NCBI GenBank assembly: GCA_051362555.1
Contig: CM120645.1
Coordinates: forward strand, 6,138,001-6,202,000
DNA: 64,000 nucleotides
Source of the DNA: Lingula anatina
Lineage: Eukaryota; Animalia; Brachiopoda
Direction: 5' to 3'
The notes beneath the pieces were generated by a model that did not search any database, was not told where the DNA came from, and worked only from the letters and a program-made list of their open reading frames with translations. This document shows positions 62,797 to 64,000 of this stretch, piece by piece. The position numbers were made by a program, and so were the translations under genes. Numbering within the stretch: position 1 is the first letter of the stretch; the number at the start of each line of letters is the position of its first letter.

Positions 62797-64000
62797 ACAC
62801 ACATGCGTGAGGGCATGCGCACATTTCCTATCAATAACAGTACCAATACCAAAACTGCCACACCTTCAATCTTCTCCTAACCTGAGTGACAGTGATATAC
62901 TGCACTCATTCACACACAGACATCATCACTGACGGAGTCTCTCTCTGTCTAGAACTAGTTCTGAAACTACTGCTCTTTACCTGCTGTGATTGCTCTCAAA
63001 TCACAAAATCGTCGTCACATTTCACACCTTAAAACCGAAGCCAGAAGTTACAAAATATGAAGCATTCTATGCTACATAGTAAAATACCTTATCCAAACAA
63101 ATAACGTAACACCTTGCTAATTCCTGCTCGGAAAGAGTAGCTGTAAAAGGTTACAGGAATCGACATAACCTACAAAGCTCACTTCATTCAGTGCAACACA
63201 CGTCAAAGTGCAGCCTTCAGAAATTTGAGCTGCCCTGCTTGGATAAGTTTCTAAAGACCCAAAGTTACGTTATTTTCTAGTTTTATGAAACAATCAGTCG
63301 GCTGATCCTGGGGCCCCATTATTAAACAGAAAATAAACAAACAAATCAGACCCCAATCTTTAAAGAAAGAATGGTACGCTTCAGAAGAAAATTATTCAAG
63401 TGAACAGGGGGTAAACTTCAATCATGATTTGACTATATTACTGCCCTCGGTCTCATTCACAGACCTGGATCACTCAGCCTAGCTCTTTAAACAGGTAGAT
63501 TTTATTAAGAGAGGAAGAAAGAAGTTTTACAAAATACATTCAATGTAACATTTATTGACTCCAAATGTTTATTGTCAGGTGTTTTGTCCAACACTTCATT
63601 TGTAGTACAATTTTGTAAGCAAGCAACCATTTTATGGCAGGCGACCTCATAAACTTCTCCTAATCGGTTAAAAAGCCCGCACACTTCCAAGACTTCTGAG
63701 CATTTCTTTTTATGGCAAAGCTCAAGAATACCAATTTTAGACCAAATAGTTTTATGACGTTTAACAACACATGTTGCCTTAATCACTTCCATATTGTATG
63801 TCACTCTAGTCAATAGTAAATCTTATGCATTTAAATTACATGGTCACATTCTGTGATTACCAAAAGCAGTAAAATGCTTCAAATAACTTGACAAAGATTG
63901 AATTGTACAGGAACAGAAAAGAGCAAATGTAGTTTTTAGTGGGGGTCAGGTTTGGATGACCTAGTTGTCGTAAAAAAGAGATAAATCCATGCCCCACTGA

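Overview
AT-rich, intron-containing eukaryotic (invertebrate) genomic DNA, probably lophotrochozoan/molluscan; the taxon is inferred from gene content and repeats only. Most six-frame ORFs are noise, so I rebuilt genes by hand from GT-AG junctions and codon phase. In order: (1) a tandem pair of an unrecognised ~3-TM membrane-protein family plus relics of further copies (196-9622); (2) a secreted acidic 2x EF-hand protein (11203-16319); (3) a possible spliced microprotein/lncRNA on the minus strand (17977-19237); (4) a CpG-poor housekeeping block of two head-to-head pairs, IDH3G(-)/TUSC2(+) and SLC37A3(-)/short nischarin(+); (5) a secreted single-domain meteorin-like protein (53666-56100) whose first intron holds a Penelope-type inverted repeat with a minimal hammerhead ribozyme; (6) a ~1 kb TA-flanked non-autonomous DNA transposon; (7) tRNA-Glu(TTC); (8) the 3' part of prickle. 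The most unusual signals are recurrent decayed 'ghost' copies of exons ~105-125 bp from the real exons in three unrelated genes, two ghost terminal exons (IDH3G and the membrane-protein gene) that are still in frame, and the hammerhead motif. No CRISPR or prokaryotic features are present. Coordinates were counted by eye and may be off by a few bases; no database searches were run.
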